DNA of 64,000 bases from Isurus oxyrinchus (lineage: Eukaryota), in contig JANJGN010000030.1 of assembly GCA_026770705.1 (NCBI GenBank), forward strand, positions 24,738,001 through 24,802,000, given 5' to 3'. Of this stretch, positions 63,161 through 64,000 are shown one piece after another. The notes beneath the pieces are model-generated. The model did no database searches and was not told the origin of the DNA. It worked only from the letters and a program-made list of their open reading frames with translations. Every line of letters begins with the position of its first letter. Within the stretch, counting starts at the first letter, position 1. The position numbers were made by a program, and so were the translations under genes.

Positions 63161-63253
63161 CAGGAGACCTCAGATGACTGAATCAATAAGTCACCATCAA
63201 TACTGTCCAAATCAGACACGGTCTTTTCTGTGATTTGCTCTTCTGTGCTGTTG
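63161..63253 (-). CDS. TRPM4: TRPM4-like exon, acidic pre-S1 linker (NSTEEQITEKTVSDLDSIDGDLLIQSSEVS)
   Basis: 93 nt, phase 2-2, acceptor tttctattacag, donor TG|gtcagt; resembles the SEE..DLDS linker of TRPM4/5. Upstream exons lie beyond the window. Confidence 0.75.
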
Positions 63254-63619
63254 CTGTAATAGAAACAGAAATGTTATTTACAGGTCGTGAAACATTTCTT
63301 CCTTGGGTGTGGCAGCCATCGTTAGCTGTCAAAGTCAGTCAAACTCTTCTCCTCTCCAGGAGCAGTAGGAGGTCATTCAGCCCCATCCAGCATCTACCAC
63401 CATTCCCTTAGATCACAGCTGATTTGCACCTTAACTCCACTTAACTCCTCAGCCCTGGAACCCTCAATGCCCTTAGTTAACAATCTACCTATCTCAGTTT
63501 TGACATTTCCAGTTGACCCCCACCCCCACCCCCCACTGCTGCTGCAACAGCTTTTTGTGGCAGGGAGTTCCAGATTTCCACTACCCATTGTGTGAAGATG
63601 TTCTCCTGACATCGCCCTG

Positions 63620-63960
63620 ACTCTTACTGGGGTTTGGTTCCCAGGACAGTGGCTGACATCTGGTAATGGTTGTTCTTCACCTGTGTGGTCTTCCAGTGCA
63701 AAGAGTTGTCCCTGACCGAGTGTTGCAGACTGGCACGTTCCAAGGTCCATGACTACGTGCTGAGGGACGCACTAAAGCTTGGGATGGCCACTGCAAAAGC
63801 CCAATGGGGAAAGGTCACTGTCTGAGACCTTTCAGCCACAGTGCACCGAGGGGCTGAGAACCGTACAGACCCCTTGGGCCATATGACTCACATTGAATCT
63901 ATGCAGCGCATACTACACGTATCACAATTGTACTGAAGCACCTCAGAGTGCAACATGATC
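63620..63960 (+). mobile_element. Tx1/L1-type LINE ORF2 3' end
   Basis: FQCKELSLTECCRLARSKVHDYVLRDALKLG..AKAQWGK. Confidence 0.7.
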
Positions 63961-64000
63961 TATGTAGATAACTTAAATATCATTGCACTGTCTGATTGTC

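Overview
Eukaryotic (vertebrate, almost certainly shark/chondrichthyan, judged from its SINE/LINE repertoire) genomic DNA, repeat-rich, with one assembly gap. Two intron-containing genes lie on the minus strand. (1) The 3' part (11 exons, ~479 aa, pre-S1 to stop) of a TRPM4-like Ca2+-activated monovalent cation channel, 63253 to 35091, with all splice phases consistent. (2) Downstream, an apparently complete ~465-aa, 11-exon coiled-coil-rich gene that I cannot name (29182 to ~5950, polyA signal at 5765), carrying a KKSVSF (RVxF-type) motif, a probable GC-AG first intron and a 34-bp ETS/CRE-like VNTR just upstream. The introns hold CR1/HER1, RTE and Tx1 LINE fragments, V-SINE/HE1-like and Deu-SINE-like SINEs, solo LTRs, Harbinger-like TIR elements and minisatellites. 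Most notable: a dispersed family of short palindromic Penelope-derived elements carrying minimal type I hammerhead ribozymes (several sense to the host pre-mRNAs), and an apparently spliced fragment of a ZNF638/MATR3/RBM20-family zinc-finger gene embedded inside a TIR transposon.
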